A DNA stretch of 64,000 nt from contig CAXXLL010000002.1 in assembly GCA_963662545.2 (NCBI GenBank), forward strand, positions 1,632,001 through 1,696,000, read 5' to 3'. Position 1 is the first letter of the stretch, and every line of letters begins with the position of its first letter. The notes beneath the pieces were generated by a model, which was not told where the DNA came from, ran no database searches, and worked only from the letters and a program-made list of their open reading frames with translations. Source of the stretch: Gammaproteobacteria bacterium (GTDB lineage Bacteria > Pseudomonadota > Gammaproteobacteria > Ga0077536). Positions 38,275 through 47,430 of the stretch are shown here, in pieces. A program made the translations under genes and the position numbers.

Positions 38275-39023
38275 TCGTTGCGCCGATAGAGGAGGCTCGT
38301 TCGTTGCGTCCCGCCGTTCGATTTTCGTTCCGTCCTTGGGGTCAATTGATCGCGGCGGCCCTCGTCGCGTGGTCGACAGCGGGCTGGGCCGCCGAAGAAG
38401 CCAGCGTCAGCCCAGGCGTCAACCGTCAATACCTTCGGCCCGACGTAAACGTCGCGGAATGGATCGATCGCTTCGAAGGCGAGAGCCGCGAAATCTACGC
38501 CCTGCGTCACGCTATCGCCGATGCGGTTGGGATCGAAGCCGGCGACGTGGTGGCCGATGTCGGCGCCGGCACCGGACTGTTCGTCCCGCTGTTTGCGGCG
38601 CGTGCCGGCTCCGACGGTCATGTCTATGCGCTCGATATCGCGCCCAAGTTTGCAGCCCACATTCGCGACCGCGTTGACGAGGCCGGTCTGGCCGGCGTCA
38701 GTGTTGTGCTGAGCCGGGAACGATCGATCACCTTGCCGCGGGACTCGATCGACATCGTCTTTCTGTGTGACGTCTATCATCACCTCGAATATCCGCAAAC
38801 CGTACTCGCCTCCATACGCCGCGCCCTGCGACCGCCGGGACGACTGGTCGTCATCGATTTCGAGCGAATCCCTGGCGCCACCCGGCCATGGATACTCGGA
38901 CACGTCCGTGCGGGTCGCGAGACCGTGATCGAAGAGATCCAGGCCGCGGGTTTCGTCCTCGAAGAGATGGACGCGGTCGACGGTTTGAAAGAGAACTACT
39001 TCCTGCGCTTCCGTAATCCCTGA
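38271..39023 (+). CDS. Class I SAM-dependent methyltransferase, probably exported
   Basis: VADVGAGTG, CDVYHH and LRPPGRLVVIDF; signal-like N-terminus. Start codon uncertain. Confidence 0.85.
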   Translation: MIVAPIEEARSLRPAVRFSFRPWGQLIAAALVAWSTAGWAAEEASVSPGVNRQYLRPDVNVAEWIDRFEGESREIYALRHAIADAVGIEAGDVVADVGAGTGLFVPLFAARAGSDGHVYALDIAPKFAAHIRDRVDEAGLAGVSVVLSRERSITLPRDSIDIVFLCDVYHHLEYPQTVLASIRRALRPPGRLVVIDFERIPGATRPWILGHVRAGRETVIEEIQAAGFVLEEMDAVDGLKENYFLRFRNP

Positions 39024-39029
39024 CGCGCC

Positions 39030-40346
39030 GTGTTGGCGCCGCGCTTCGGCCTGCTCTCTCTGGTCGGCCTGGTAGTCGCCAACATGATCGGCGTGGGCGT
39101 TTTTACGACCTCGGGATTCGCGCTGGCGGACCTCGGCACGCCGGACCGCGTGATGCTCGCCTGGCTGACGGGCGGCTTGCTGGCCGTTTGTGGAGCACTC
39201 AGCTATGGAGCGCTGGTGCGGCGCATGACTGATTCGGGGGGCGAATATCTGTTTCTGTCGCGTGCCATACATCCGGCGGCCGGTTTCGTTGCCGGCTGGG
39301 TGTCACTGCTGGCCGGATTTACGGGCGCCATCGCCCTGGCGGCGACGGCGCTCGAAGCGTATCTGTTGCCGGCTGGCACGCGCGCCGGCTGGATCCCCGA
39401 GGACGCGGTGGCGCTTACGGTGGTTTTCGCGGCCGGCGCCTTGCACGTCCGTAAGGTCGGTCTCGGTGCAGGCATCCAGAATGCGCTCGTGATCGTGAAA
39501 CTCGTTCTGATCGGCGCGATCACCGTCTTCGCCCTGGTGAAGCTGTCCACGACTACGGGTCCCACGGGCATGCCTTTGGCGATCGGGGATGGCGCCGTAC
39601 CGGATTTCGAGTGGTCGGGATTCGCCATAAGCCTGATGTGGATATCGCTGAGTTACTCCGGTTTCAACGCAGCGGTCTACGTCGCCGGTGAAGCCCGGGA
39701 CGCGAAACGCCAGGTTCCCCGCGCCTTGATCCTGGGCACGGTCGTCGTCACCGTCATCTACCTTGCGCTCAACGCCTTGTTCGTCTATGGCGCACCATTC
39801 GCGGCGATCGCGGGGTACGAAGACGTCGCCGCACGCGCGCTGACGGCGCTCGGCGGTGAGACCCTGGGCTTGACGATGCGCGGCATCGTCATCCTGGCGT
39901 TGGCGACTTCGGTGTCATCAATGATCATGGCCGGTCCGCGCGTCTACGCACGCATGGCCGACGACGGGGTGTTACCGCGCGTTTTCGCCACGCAGGACGG
40001 TCGGATCGCACGCGCGGTGACCTTGCAAGTAGTGCTCGCCGCGCTGATCATCGTCGTGTCGGATCTGCGGGAACTACTATCCTATCTCGGCTTCACGCTG
40101 TCGGTCAGCGCAGCCCTGACGGTCAGTAGCTTGTTTGTACTGAGGCGGCGCGAAGGCGCGGCGGCGGTGCCGGTTCCGGGTTATCCTTGGGTGCCGGGCC
40201 TTTACGTCGGTGCGACATTGATGTTTGCCGCAATCGCCGCAATGTATCGCCCGTTAGAGCCCGTCGTCGGTGTCGCCACTCTCGCGACCGGGGTCGTCGC
40301 GTGGCTCATCATCGAACGGCGGCGGAATCGTATTAAAGCTCTTTGA
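39030..40346 (+). CDS. APC-family amino acid permease
   Basis: ANMIGVGVF, SGGEYLFL, YSGFNAA and GPRVYARMA; about 12 TM segments. Confidence 0.92.
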   Translation: MLAPRFGLLSLVGLVVANMIGVGVFTTSGFALADLGTPDRVMLAWLTGGLLAVCGALSYGALVRRMTDSGGEYLFLSRAIHPAAGFVAGWVSLLAGFTGAIALAATALEAYLLPAGTRAGWIPEDAVALTVVFAAGALHVRKVGLGAGIQNALVIVKLVLIGAITVFALVKLSTTTGPTGMPLAIGDGAVPDFEWSGFAISLMWISLSYSGFNAAVYVAGEARDAKRQVPRALILGTVVVTVIYLALNALFVYGAPFAAIAGYEDVAARALTALGGETLGLTMRGIVILALATSVSSMIMAGPRVYARMADDGVLPRVFATQDGRIARAVTLQVVLAALIIVVSDLRELLSYLGFTLSVSAALTVSSLFVLRRREGAAAVPVPGYPWVPGLYVGATLMFAAIAAMYRPLEPVVGVATLATGVVAWLIIERRRNRIKAL

Positions 40347-41412
40347 CACCCCCGCTCACGGGATGGCCCTGGGCCCGCCAGCCGAGCATGCCGCCGGCGA
40401 GGTTAGCGGCATCGGAGACGCCCGCGCGGCGCAGGATGACGATGGCCTGTGCCGAGCGACCGCCGGCGCGGCAGACGGTGACAATGGGCTTGTCCGTTTG
40501 CACTTCGTCCATGCGCTCGTTAAGGGCGCCGAGCGGTATCAGTGTCGCGCCCGCGATGTGGCCGAGCGGCCCGTCGTATTCGTCTGGTTCGCGGACGTCG
40601 AGAATATGCACCTCGGCAGGATGCTCTTCGATCCAACTCGGTTCGATTTCCCAGATGCCGGCAAAGGTGTAGCTGAGCGGCGCCCAGCTCGGCGTATCGT
40701 CCGGCAGCTCGTCGTTGTCGGGTCGGCCACATTTCAGGTTTGCCGGCAGCGCGATGTCGAGTTTCTTCGGGTGATCGAGCCCGAGGTTATTCATATAGCC
40801 CGTAAAGTCCTGCTCGCTGATCTGACCGCCGAGGCGCGGATTGAATTGCTTCTCTTCGCCGACGCTGGTCACGGTCAGGCCATTGTAGTCGTGCCCGGGA
40901 TAAAGCCGCGTAGTGTCGGGCAGTGAAAAAATTTGGGTACGCACCGAGCGGTACAAGTTCGCCGGGCTCCCCTGCTGAAAATCCGTTCGGCCGCAGCCGC
41001 GCACGAGGATGGTGTCGCCGGTGAAGGCCATGCTCTCGTCGTCCATCACGTAGGTGATGCAGCCGTCGGTGTGTCCGGGCGTTTCCCGGACTTCGAGAAA
41101 GCGATTTCCGAACGGCAGGTGGTCACCCTGTCGCAAATAGATGTCGGCCCCCGCAACCCCGGCATTTTTCGAGATCGCAATCTGCGCGCCGGTGCGCCGC
41201 TTGAGCAGCCAGGCGCCAGTCACGTGATCGGCGTGGCAGTGCGTATCGGCCACGGTTATGAGGGTCAGCCCGAGTTCGTGCAACAGCGCCGTATCGCGGC
41301 GGGCAAGTTCGAACACGGAATCGATCAGCAAGGCCTCACCGCTCTGCAGGTCGCCCAGTAGATAGGTTAAAGTCGAAGATTCCTGGTCGAAAAGCGGTCG
41401 AAATATGAGCAT
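40333..41412 (-). CDS. Persulfide dioxygenase (ETHE1-like MBL fold)-rhodanese fusion
   Basis: THCHADHVTG, TPGHT, GCGRTDFQ and YPGHDY, then rhodanese motifs LDVREPDEY, CRAGGRS and LAGGMLGW. Confidence 0.9.
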   Translation of the reverse strand: MLIFRPLFDQESSTLTYLLGDLQSGEALLIDSVFELARRDTALLHELGLTLITVADTHCHADHVTGAWLLKRRTGAQIAISKNAGVAGADIYLRQGDHLPFGNRFLEVRETPGHTDGCITYVMDDESMAFTGDTILVRGCGRTDFQQGSPANLYRSVRTQIFSLPDTTRLYPGHDYNGLTVTSVGEEKQFNPRLGGQISEQDFTGYMNNLGLDHPKKLDIALPANLKCGRPDNDELPDDTPSWAPLSYTFAGIWEIEPSWIEEHPAEVHILDVREPDEYDGPLGHIAGATLIPLGALNERMDEVQTDKPIVTVCRAGGRSAQAIVILRRAGVSDAANLAGGMLGWRAQGHPVSGGVKEL

Positions 41413-41444
41413 CGCTATTCCTCAGGGCGCGACGGCGGATGCAC

Positions 41445-42113
41445 TCACAGGCTTTTGGCGACAGCGCGTTCGAACGCGAGCGCGATCGTGCGGGGATCCT
41501 GAGCGCCCGAAAACAACAGTTTACCGTTGAAGAGGAACGCTGGAACGCCCTGTACGCCGAGTTCCTGGGCTTCACGCTCTTGCGCGTCGATAGCGGCATC
41601 CGCTTCGTCATCGGCGAGCAGGGCATCGACTGCCGCTGCGTCCAGCCTGGCATCGTGCGCAACCGCGCCCAGTACGGCAGCGTCACCGATGTCGCGGCCT
41701 TCGACGAAGTAAGCGGCGAAGAGGGTGTCGACAAGATCGTTCTGGCGCCTGTGCTCTTCCGCATAGGCAATGAGCCGATGGGCAAGGCGGGTGTTTGGGG
41801 TTCGCGCGATGCGATCGACCTCCATCGGCAGGCCGTCGGCCTTGGCATTTGCCGCGACGTTCGCGTAGAGCTGCCGAGCGTATTCGATTGAACCGAATTT
41901 ACGCTCGCAATAGGTGTCGCGGTCCATCCCTTCGCGGGGCATGGTCGGATTGAGTTCGAACGGGCGCCAGCGAACGTCGATTTCGATTTCAGGATCGAGC
42001 AATTCGAGCCCCTGCTCAAGGCGGTGCTTGCCGATGTAGCACCATGGACAGATAGGGTCGGAAACTACGTCCAGCTGAATCTTGCGCCGGGCATCGGGTG
42101 TGTTTGCGCTCAT
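41445..42113 (-). CDS. DsbA-family oxidoreductase (FrnE-like)
   Basis: SDPICPWCYIG, PFELNP, GVQGVP and SGAQ motifs. Confidence 0.92.
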   Translation of the reverse strand: MSANTPDARRKIQLDVVSDPICPWCYIGKHRLEQGLELLDPEIEIDVRWRPFELNPTMPREGMDRDTYCERKFGSIEYARQLYANVAANAKADGLPMEVDRIARTPNTRLAHRLIAYAEEHRRQNDLVDTLFAAYFVEGRDIGDAAVLGAVAHDARLDAAAVDALLADDEADAAIDAQEREAQELGVQGVPAFLFNGKLLFSGAQDPRTIALAFERAVAKSL

Positions 42114-42281
42114 GTGGGTGCCCCTCGAGCTTGCTCGGGTCGTGGTATGGCATTGTGTCGCTCCGGCGTCCGGAAAAAAAGACCGGCATTCGGCAAACGC
42201 TTGCCGGGTTTGCCGGCGAACCCGGCAAATTAATGCCCTCGCTCAGCAAGGGCACGGTCGGTACACCAGGTTCTACGATCC

Positions 42282-42297
42282 TGGCACACGAATTGCT
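42282..42297 (+). promoter_or_regulatory. Sigma-54 (-24/-12) promoter
   Basis: TGGCACACGAATTGCT, with GG and GC separated by exactly 10 nt, about 40 bp upstream of the ATG at 42339. Confidence 0.8.
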
Positions 42298-42338
42298 GAA
42301 ATTACCAGCGACAAGCTCCTGTGGACGTTCAAGAAACC

Positions 42339-42884
42339 ATGTTAAGCGGATTTCAAGCCCAGACGCTTCGTGCCTATACGCCGCCGTCGGTTGCGCCCGC
42401 GCCGGCACTCAAAATTTTCGGTGACGACGGATTGACCTTCCGCGACGTCATTGACCTGGTCAATCCGCTGCACCATCTGCCGATCATCGGCAATCTGTAT
42501 CGTCGTATCACGGGCGACATCATCGACCCCGCGATCCGCGTTGCCGGGGGCGCTTTGTTCGGCGGACCGCTGGGGGCGGGTTTCGCGGCCGTCAGCATTG
42601 CGGTCAAAGGGATGTTGGAATTCAGTGACGAAGTAGAGGCGGGCAGTGGGACGATAGACAAGCATCGTCCAGATTCTCGCGGTGGATGGATGGTCGCCGC
42701 CACGCGCGCCGTCAACGGCTCACGCGCGCCGGACCTTGTGGCGGTCGCGGTAGAACTTGGCGACGCCCCGGCACGCGTACGGCGCGGCGGCTGGATGGCG
42801 CAGGCGGCGTACGCAATGGCGGATGCGCGTGCGCGTTCGGGCGGGGATGGTATGCCGCGTGCCCGCATTGATACGACCGCCTAA
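42339..42884 (+). CDS. Conserved hypothetical protein
   Basis: FRDVIDLVNPLHHLPIIGNLYRRITGD...GGALFGGPLG motif; RGGWM occurs twice. Confidence 0.75.
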   Translation: MLSGFQAQTLRAYTPPSVAPAPALKIFGDDGLTFRDVIDLVNPLHHLPIIGNLYRRITGDIIDPAIRVAGGALFGGPLGAGFAAVSIAVKGMLEFSDEVEAGSGTIDKHRPDSRGGWMVAATRAVNGSRAPDLVAVAVELGDAPARVRRGGWMAQAAYAMADARARSGGDGMPRARIDTTA

Positions 42885-42907
42885 AACGCGACCCTTCGAA
42901 CACTGCC

Positions 42908-43978
42908 TCAAGCGAAAGCGGGCATGATCTCGGAGGCGACCTGGTCGACCACTTCGCGTGTCGCCCGGATCGGCTGGATCGCGACCTGGTGTACGCCGGC
43001 GTCCCGCATCGCTTCGATCATCCCGAGGACTTCCTGCTTAGTGCCGGTCAGCGTCGTGGCCTGGATAATTTTCTTGGTCATCAAGGCCTCGTGTTCCGCT
43101 TTCAGGTGCTGGAGGTAGCCGGTGTAGAGCTTGAGATGCCGTGTTTCGACCGGTGCGTCCGGTTCGCGGTAGACGCCGACGAAGTCCATCAGTTCGTCGC
43201 GGAAGTCTTCCGGCAGGGCCTTGGGATCCTTGTGACAGGACAGCGCAAAGATGTTGCTGCTGGACGCCACCATCGGTCCTACCGCCGCGCGTACCTCGGG
43301 CGTTTCAATCTGCTCGTCAGATTCCGTCAGGTAGAAAGCCGTCATCGAAAGAACATAGATGTCGTCCGGGTTGCGGCCGGCGGCCTCCGCGCCTTCACGC
43401 ATGTGTCCGATCATCCACTTGACGATGGACGGATGCACCGCGCCGAACAGGATCAGTCCGTCCGCAATTCGCCCGGCGAGCCGCGCGACTTTGGGGCCGC
43501 TGGCGGAAATGTAGATTGGAATCCGGTCCTTGATGTTGATAAACCCGAGGTCCGGATTCAGGAATTTGATCTTTCGATGGCGCTCGTCTTCGCTGTAATC
43601 GACGGTATCGCCGTTGAACAAACCCTTGCAGACACGAACGTGGTCCTCGAGTTCGGCCACTCGGGCGGCCGGCATGCCCATCGTTCGCCGCGTTGTGTTG
43701 CCGGTGCCAATGCCCATGATGACGCGTCCCGGCGCGAGCGAATTGATCGTGGCCATGCCGCAGGCCGACAGCGGCGCGATGCGAGATTTCGGATTGGTTA
43801 CGCCGGGCCCGAGCTTGATTTTCGTCGTGCGATCAGCGCACAGAGCGAGCGCCGTGTAGACTTCGCTGCCGAGCATTTGTGTGTCATAAAGCCATGCGTG
43901 GGAAAAGCCATTGTCTTCAGCGTACTTCACGTCGCCATGAATGTGGCAGTCCCCCATGAACACGAATCCAAAATCCAT
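42908..43978 (-). CDS. LLM-class oxidoreductase (Mer-like)
   Basis: WLYD, LGPGVTNP, GIGTG, IYISASGPK and AGRIADG; GGAGG RBS. Confidence 0.9.
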   Translation of the reverse strand: MDFGFVFMGDCHIHGDVKYAEDNGFSHAWLYDTQMLGSEVYTALALCADRTTKIKLGPGVTNPKSRIAPLSACGMATINSLAPGRVIMGIGTGNTTRRTMGMPAARVAELEDHVRVCKGLFNGDTVDYSEDERHRKIKFLNPDLGFINIKDRIPIYISASGPKVARLAGRIADGLILFGAVHPSIVKWMIGHMREGAEAAGRNPDDIYVLSMTAFYLTESDEQIETPEVRAAVGPMVASSSNIFALSCHKDPKALPEDFRDELMDFVGVYREPDAPVETRHLKLYTGYLQHLKAEHEALMTKKIIQATTLTGTKQEVLGMIEAMRDAGVHQVAIQPIRATREVVDQVASEIMPAFA

Positions 43979-44106
43979 TCTTATTCCTCCCCCTTCGTTT
44001 AATGTCGATGCGATCGTTCGGCGTCGATGAATGGGTCGGGCTGACGTCTCGTCCGGGCCCGCATAAATTAACAGGCTAGCGAAAAACGCAGCTCATCGAC
44101 AGTCTG

Positions 44107-44778
44107 TTAAATGTCTACTCCGGTTAAGCGATTACCGATCCATTCACCGATGTCCCGGATTTCCGTCAGGTCGATGCCGTGTTCGACCGGGTAGGTCCGG
44201 TATTCGGCGGCGTAGCCCATTTCCAGGAGACGACGATAGCTGGCCTCGCCGTGGGATTCGGGCACCATGGGGTCGCGGGTGCCGTGACAGATCAAGATCG
44301 GCAGGTTTTCGTTGACCGTGCCGGGCACAATTGAATTTCGGGTGGCGAAGTAGGTAGAGATCGCAACCAGACCGGCGAGACGCTTTGTGAAAGTCAGCGC
44401 GATCTCGTAGCCAACGGCACCACCCTGCGAGAACCCCGCGACGATGATACGGCGACTGTCGATGCCGCGTCCGATCTCACGCTCGATAAGTGCCGCGCCT
44501 GCAGCCGCGGATGCGCGCAGCTGGGTTTCATCGATTTTTCGCTCGAGGTCCATTTCTAGAATGTCGTACCAGGCCGGCATGACGTAGCCGTTGTTGATCG
44601 TGACGGGTATTGCAGGGGCGTGCGGAAACACGAAACGTACTGCGGCCACACCGTCCAGTCCGAGCTGCGGCACTATGGGTTCGAAGTCATGGCCGTCGGC
44701 GCCGAGTCCGTGTAACCAGATCACGGCCGCCGTCGCCGGCGACGACGGTTCGACTTCTACGCAGGGGAGATATTGCAA
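44107..44778 (-). CDS. Phospholipase/carboxylesterase (acyl-protein thioesterase-like)
   Basis: WLHGLGADG, FPHAP, AWYDI, GFSQGG and HGTRDPMV motifs. Confidence 0.93.
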   Translation of the reverse strand: MQYLPCVEVEPSSPATAAVIWLHGLGADGHDFEPIVPQLGLDGVAAVRFVFPHAPAIPVTINNGYVMPAWYDILEMDLERKIDETQLRASAAAGAALIEREIGRGIDSRRIIVAGFSQGGAVGYEIALTFTKRLAGLVAISTYFATRNSIVPGTVNENLPILICHGTRDPMVPESHGEASYRRLLEMGYAAEYRTYPVEHGIDLTEIRDIGEWIGNRLTGVDI

Positions 44779-45288
44779 TTAGAGGTCTGCGTCGGCGAGT
44801 TCCAGGCTGACCGGAACGGGCGTGGTGAGCATGTCGAGCAAAGGGCAATGGGTGTCGACGGCGGCTTTGAGTTTCTGCAGCGCGTCGCGTGACGCGCACG
44901 ATTCGATATGAACCGTGCCACGGATCTTCTGGTAACCGGCCCTTACCGTTTCATCGACGCCAAAAAAGCCGCGCAGATCGATATCGCCCTTAAGTTCTAC
45001 CGAGACGCGCTCGATGTCGATCCCCATGGCCGTCGCGTAGGCTTTGTAGGTGATCTCCTGGCAGGCACCGAGCGCCGCGAGCAGCAGTTCGATCGGATTA
45101 GGCCCCGCATCTCCGCCACCCAGTTGCGGTGGCTCGTCGACCACTACGTGGTGGTCCCGGATCGTGACGTCGGAGCGGAATCCTTCGACGAGTTCCGATT
45201 TTGAGTGAAAAGTCGCGAGTGCTTCCGCCGGATTCAGCCGGTATTTTTCCTGCGTGGCGGATATGGTCTCGCGTAAGGAATCATTCAT
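44779..45288 (-). CDS. OsmC-family protein
   Basis: DEPPQLGG...PNPIELLLAALGAC...HCP. Confidence 0.92.
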   Translation of the reverse strand: MNDSLRETISATQEKYRLNPAEALATFHSKSELVEGFRSDVTIRDHHVVVDEPPQLGGGDAGPNPIELLLAALGACQEITYKAYATAMGIDIERVSVELKGDIDLRGFFGVDETVRAGYQKIRGTVHIESCASRDALQKLKAAVDTHCPLLDMLTTPVPVSLELADADL

Positions 45289-45700
45289 CGGTCACACCTA
45301 GTCCTGTTGATGAGGGGATATCATCATATTCAACCGCTTCGATCGCGTGAAGGAGTCAGCGGATGAATTGCGGAGAACGGGCCTGCGTCGTCGCGGGTGC
45401 CCGGAGGGAATCGGCGCAGGCCAGCTGCATTCGGCCTGCGAACCGGAAGGTAAACCATCGTCATCAGGCAGTGGTCATGCAGCGCCCGTTGGTCGAATCC
45501 TCCTGTCTATCAGGCGGTAAATAACCGACGGTTGACGGCACCACGGGATGGCAAACCATCGACGTCTCCGAAACAGGCTGACGAAAAACGGAGTTTTTCA
45601 CCGGCCTGTCAGGACTTCAGATCGGCGCTAAGCCCGTCTACGCCGTCATTCAGCGCGCCCGTCAACATAACGAAAGGGCCGCCCGGCGCGGTCGCAGCGA

Positions 45701-45976
45701 TTACGACCCCGCCTGGTGGCCTTGCTCGGTGAGGCGGCGAAGGCGTCCATCCTTGTTCATGAGTTCCAAATCGTCGAAACTGCCTATGTGTTCACCGTTT
45801 ATGAATATCTGCGGGACGGAACGTTCACGCGGGAGGCGTTCGATGAACGCTGCCCGGTTCTCGTCATTCTCGGCGATATCGATCTGCTGATAAGAAAGGC
45901 CTAATTGCAGCAGCAGAGCCTTGGCCTCCTTGCAGTAGTTGCAATTCGGGCTCGTGAATATTTCTATGTTCGCCAA
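45701..45976 (-). CDS. grxC: Glutaredoxin 3-like protein
   Basis: CNYC active site and SVPQIFINGEHIGS; AGGAGG RBS before the TTG start. Confidence 0.8.
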   Translation of the reverse strand: MANIEIFTSPNCNYCKEAKALLLQLGLSYQQIDIAENDENRAAFIERLPRERSVPQIFINGEHIGSFDDLELMNKDGRLRRLTEQGHQAGS

Positions 45977-46040
45977 GCAGTAAACCTCCTGCCCACGTGT
46001 ACTATTCGGGAAACTCGGCCCCGAGTTTCTCAGCAAAAAC

Positions 46041-46616
46041 TCAATAAGTGACGTGGAGAATCGGTTTGATGTCGGAGAAAACGGGCTCGAGGGCCACGCC
46101 CAAGGCATCGCCAAACTTACTTACGGCGATGTAGATGGTGATGGTGAACACGGCCTCTACGATTTGCGGCTCTGTCCAGTGCTGGTGCAGACGGCCCCAG
46201 AGATCTTTCGACAAGCGATTCGCATCGACCCCGATTTGCACGGTTAAATCCAGCACCACTTTTTCAGCATCAGTAAAGTGCGGACTGTTCTTGTATCAAT
46301 CATCGCCGATATCAGCGATCTTCTCTTCTGAAATTCCCATCCGTTTGCTCAAGGTCTCATGCTGCACTATGCAATACTGACAGTCGTTGCGATGAGTCGC
46401 TTTCAAAATAATCAATTCTTTCGTCACCCATTCGAGTTCGCCGTCCTTCAGGACCGCCATGATCAGGTCAGTGAAGACCGTACCCAGTTCCGGGGTGTGG
46501 CCGAACACTTTGAAAATGTTCAAGAGCATTTCAAAACGCCCCTCGGCCTTGTCGTAAAATCGGATTGTCTCGTCATTTGCTTGTTCACGTTCTACGTATG
46601 AAACAGACATTTTCAT
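46041..46616 (-). pseudogene. Carboxymuconolactone decarboxylase/AhpD-like gene with an in-frame TGA
   Basis: The two track ORFs (46296-46616 and 46041-46259) share a frame, separated only by TGA at 46298-46296; KELII...NDCQYCIVQH motif. Confidence 0.82.
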
Positions 46617-46633
46617 TTACCTCCTAGATAGTC

Positions 46634-46649
46634 TTGAACAATCATTCAA
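46634..46649. promoter_or_regulatory. Putative TetR operator upstream of the AhpD-like gene
   Basis: TTGAACAATCATTCAA, an imperfect 16-bp palindrome matching the box at 47285. Confidence 0.65.
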
Positions 46650-46668
46650 AACTGAGTCCAAAAGAAGA

Positions 46669-47250
46669 TCACCGCAGTTGGGCCATAGCGCCGTCCGCAA
46701 TTGATCTCATTAACGCGCGTTCCGGGCGGCTTCGTGCCAGGACAAGCAGCCCGATCAACGCGGCGAGTAACGCTCGCGAAATATCTTTCGCGTGCAAGTC
46801 CGGAGCAATCTCACCGGTCTTTTGGCCGGCTTTGATTACTCGGTAGAAGAATTTTTCGGTCTCTTTCTGGCTGGCAGCGACGATCGCGCCGATCTCGTCG
46901 TCATGCGCAGCCACTTCGAGCGCGGTATTGGTCAGAAAACATCCGCGCCGTGAACTATCGTGCGAGATCACCTCCAGCCATTCATCGAACAGTCGGCGAA
47001 TGGCTTTTCGGGGAGGATGGGTGTTCTCGAGATCACACAGCCACGCGTGGCGACATTTCCTGTCGTAACGTTTGAGTGCCGCGATGAACAGAGCCCGTTT
47101 GCTTTCGAAAGTGTCATAGATACTGCCCCGGTTGAGCCCCATGCCATGCACGAGATCCTGCATGGAAGTTGCCTCGTATCCGCGAGACCAGAAGATCCCC
47201 ATCGCCTTTTCCAGCGCGTCATCGATATTAAAGTTTTTTTCCCAGGGCAT
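46669..47250 (-). CDS. TetR/AcrR-family regulator (NemR/ComR-like)
   Basis: FWSRGYEATSMQDL...GLNRGSIYDTFESK HTH, and RGCFLTN. Confidence 0.93.
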   Translation of the reverse strand: MPWEKNFNIDDALEKAMGIFWSRGYEATSMQDLVHGMGLNRGSIYDTFESKRALFIAALKRYDRKCRHAWLCDLENTHPPRKAIRRLFDEWLEVISHDSSRRGCFLTNTALEVAAHDDEIGAIVAASQKETEKFFYRVIKAGQKTGEIAPDLHAKDISRALLAALIGLLVLARSRPERALMRSIADGAMAQLR

Positions 47251-47284
47251 GATCGGATCCTCAGGCCGCAATTTAAGCATAGTA

Positions 47285-47300
47285 TTGAACGATCGGTCAA
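47285..47300. promoter_or_regulatory. Putative TetR autoregulatory operator
   Basis: TTGAACGATCGGTCAA, a near-perfect palindrome 35 bp upstream of the tetR start. Confidence 0.7.
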
Positions 47301-47430
47301 AACCAGTACGCAGGATTATTTTTAGTCATATTCGGGCGGGTCGGGCAACGGCCGAATTTAATTTCGGTGCCCATTTGGCCGAGCAGGTATCATCGTACCA
47401 ACCGCTTCGATCGAGCGCAGGAGACGCTGA

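Noticed and set aside
45608-45645. Possible further copy of the palindromic unit (GACTTCAGATCGGCGCTAAGCCCGTC)
   Set aside because: The arms pair poorly, the length differs, and there is no GCAGTGCA spacer or neighbouring unit.
5002-46298. Genome-wide stop-codon reassignment suggested by the internal TAG and TGA
   Set aside because: TAG and TGA both terminate many intact genes in this window, so the two cases are better explained as isolated nonsense changes or errors.
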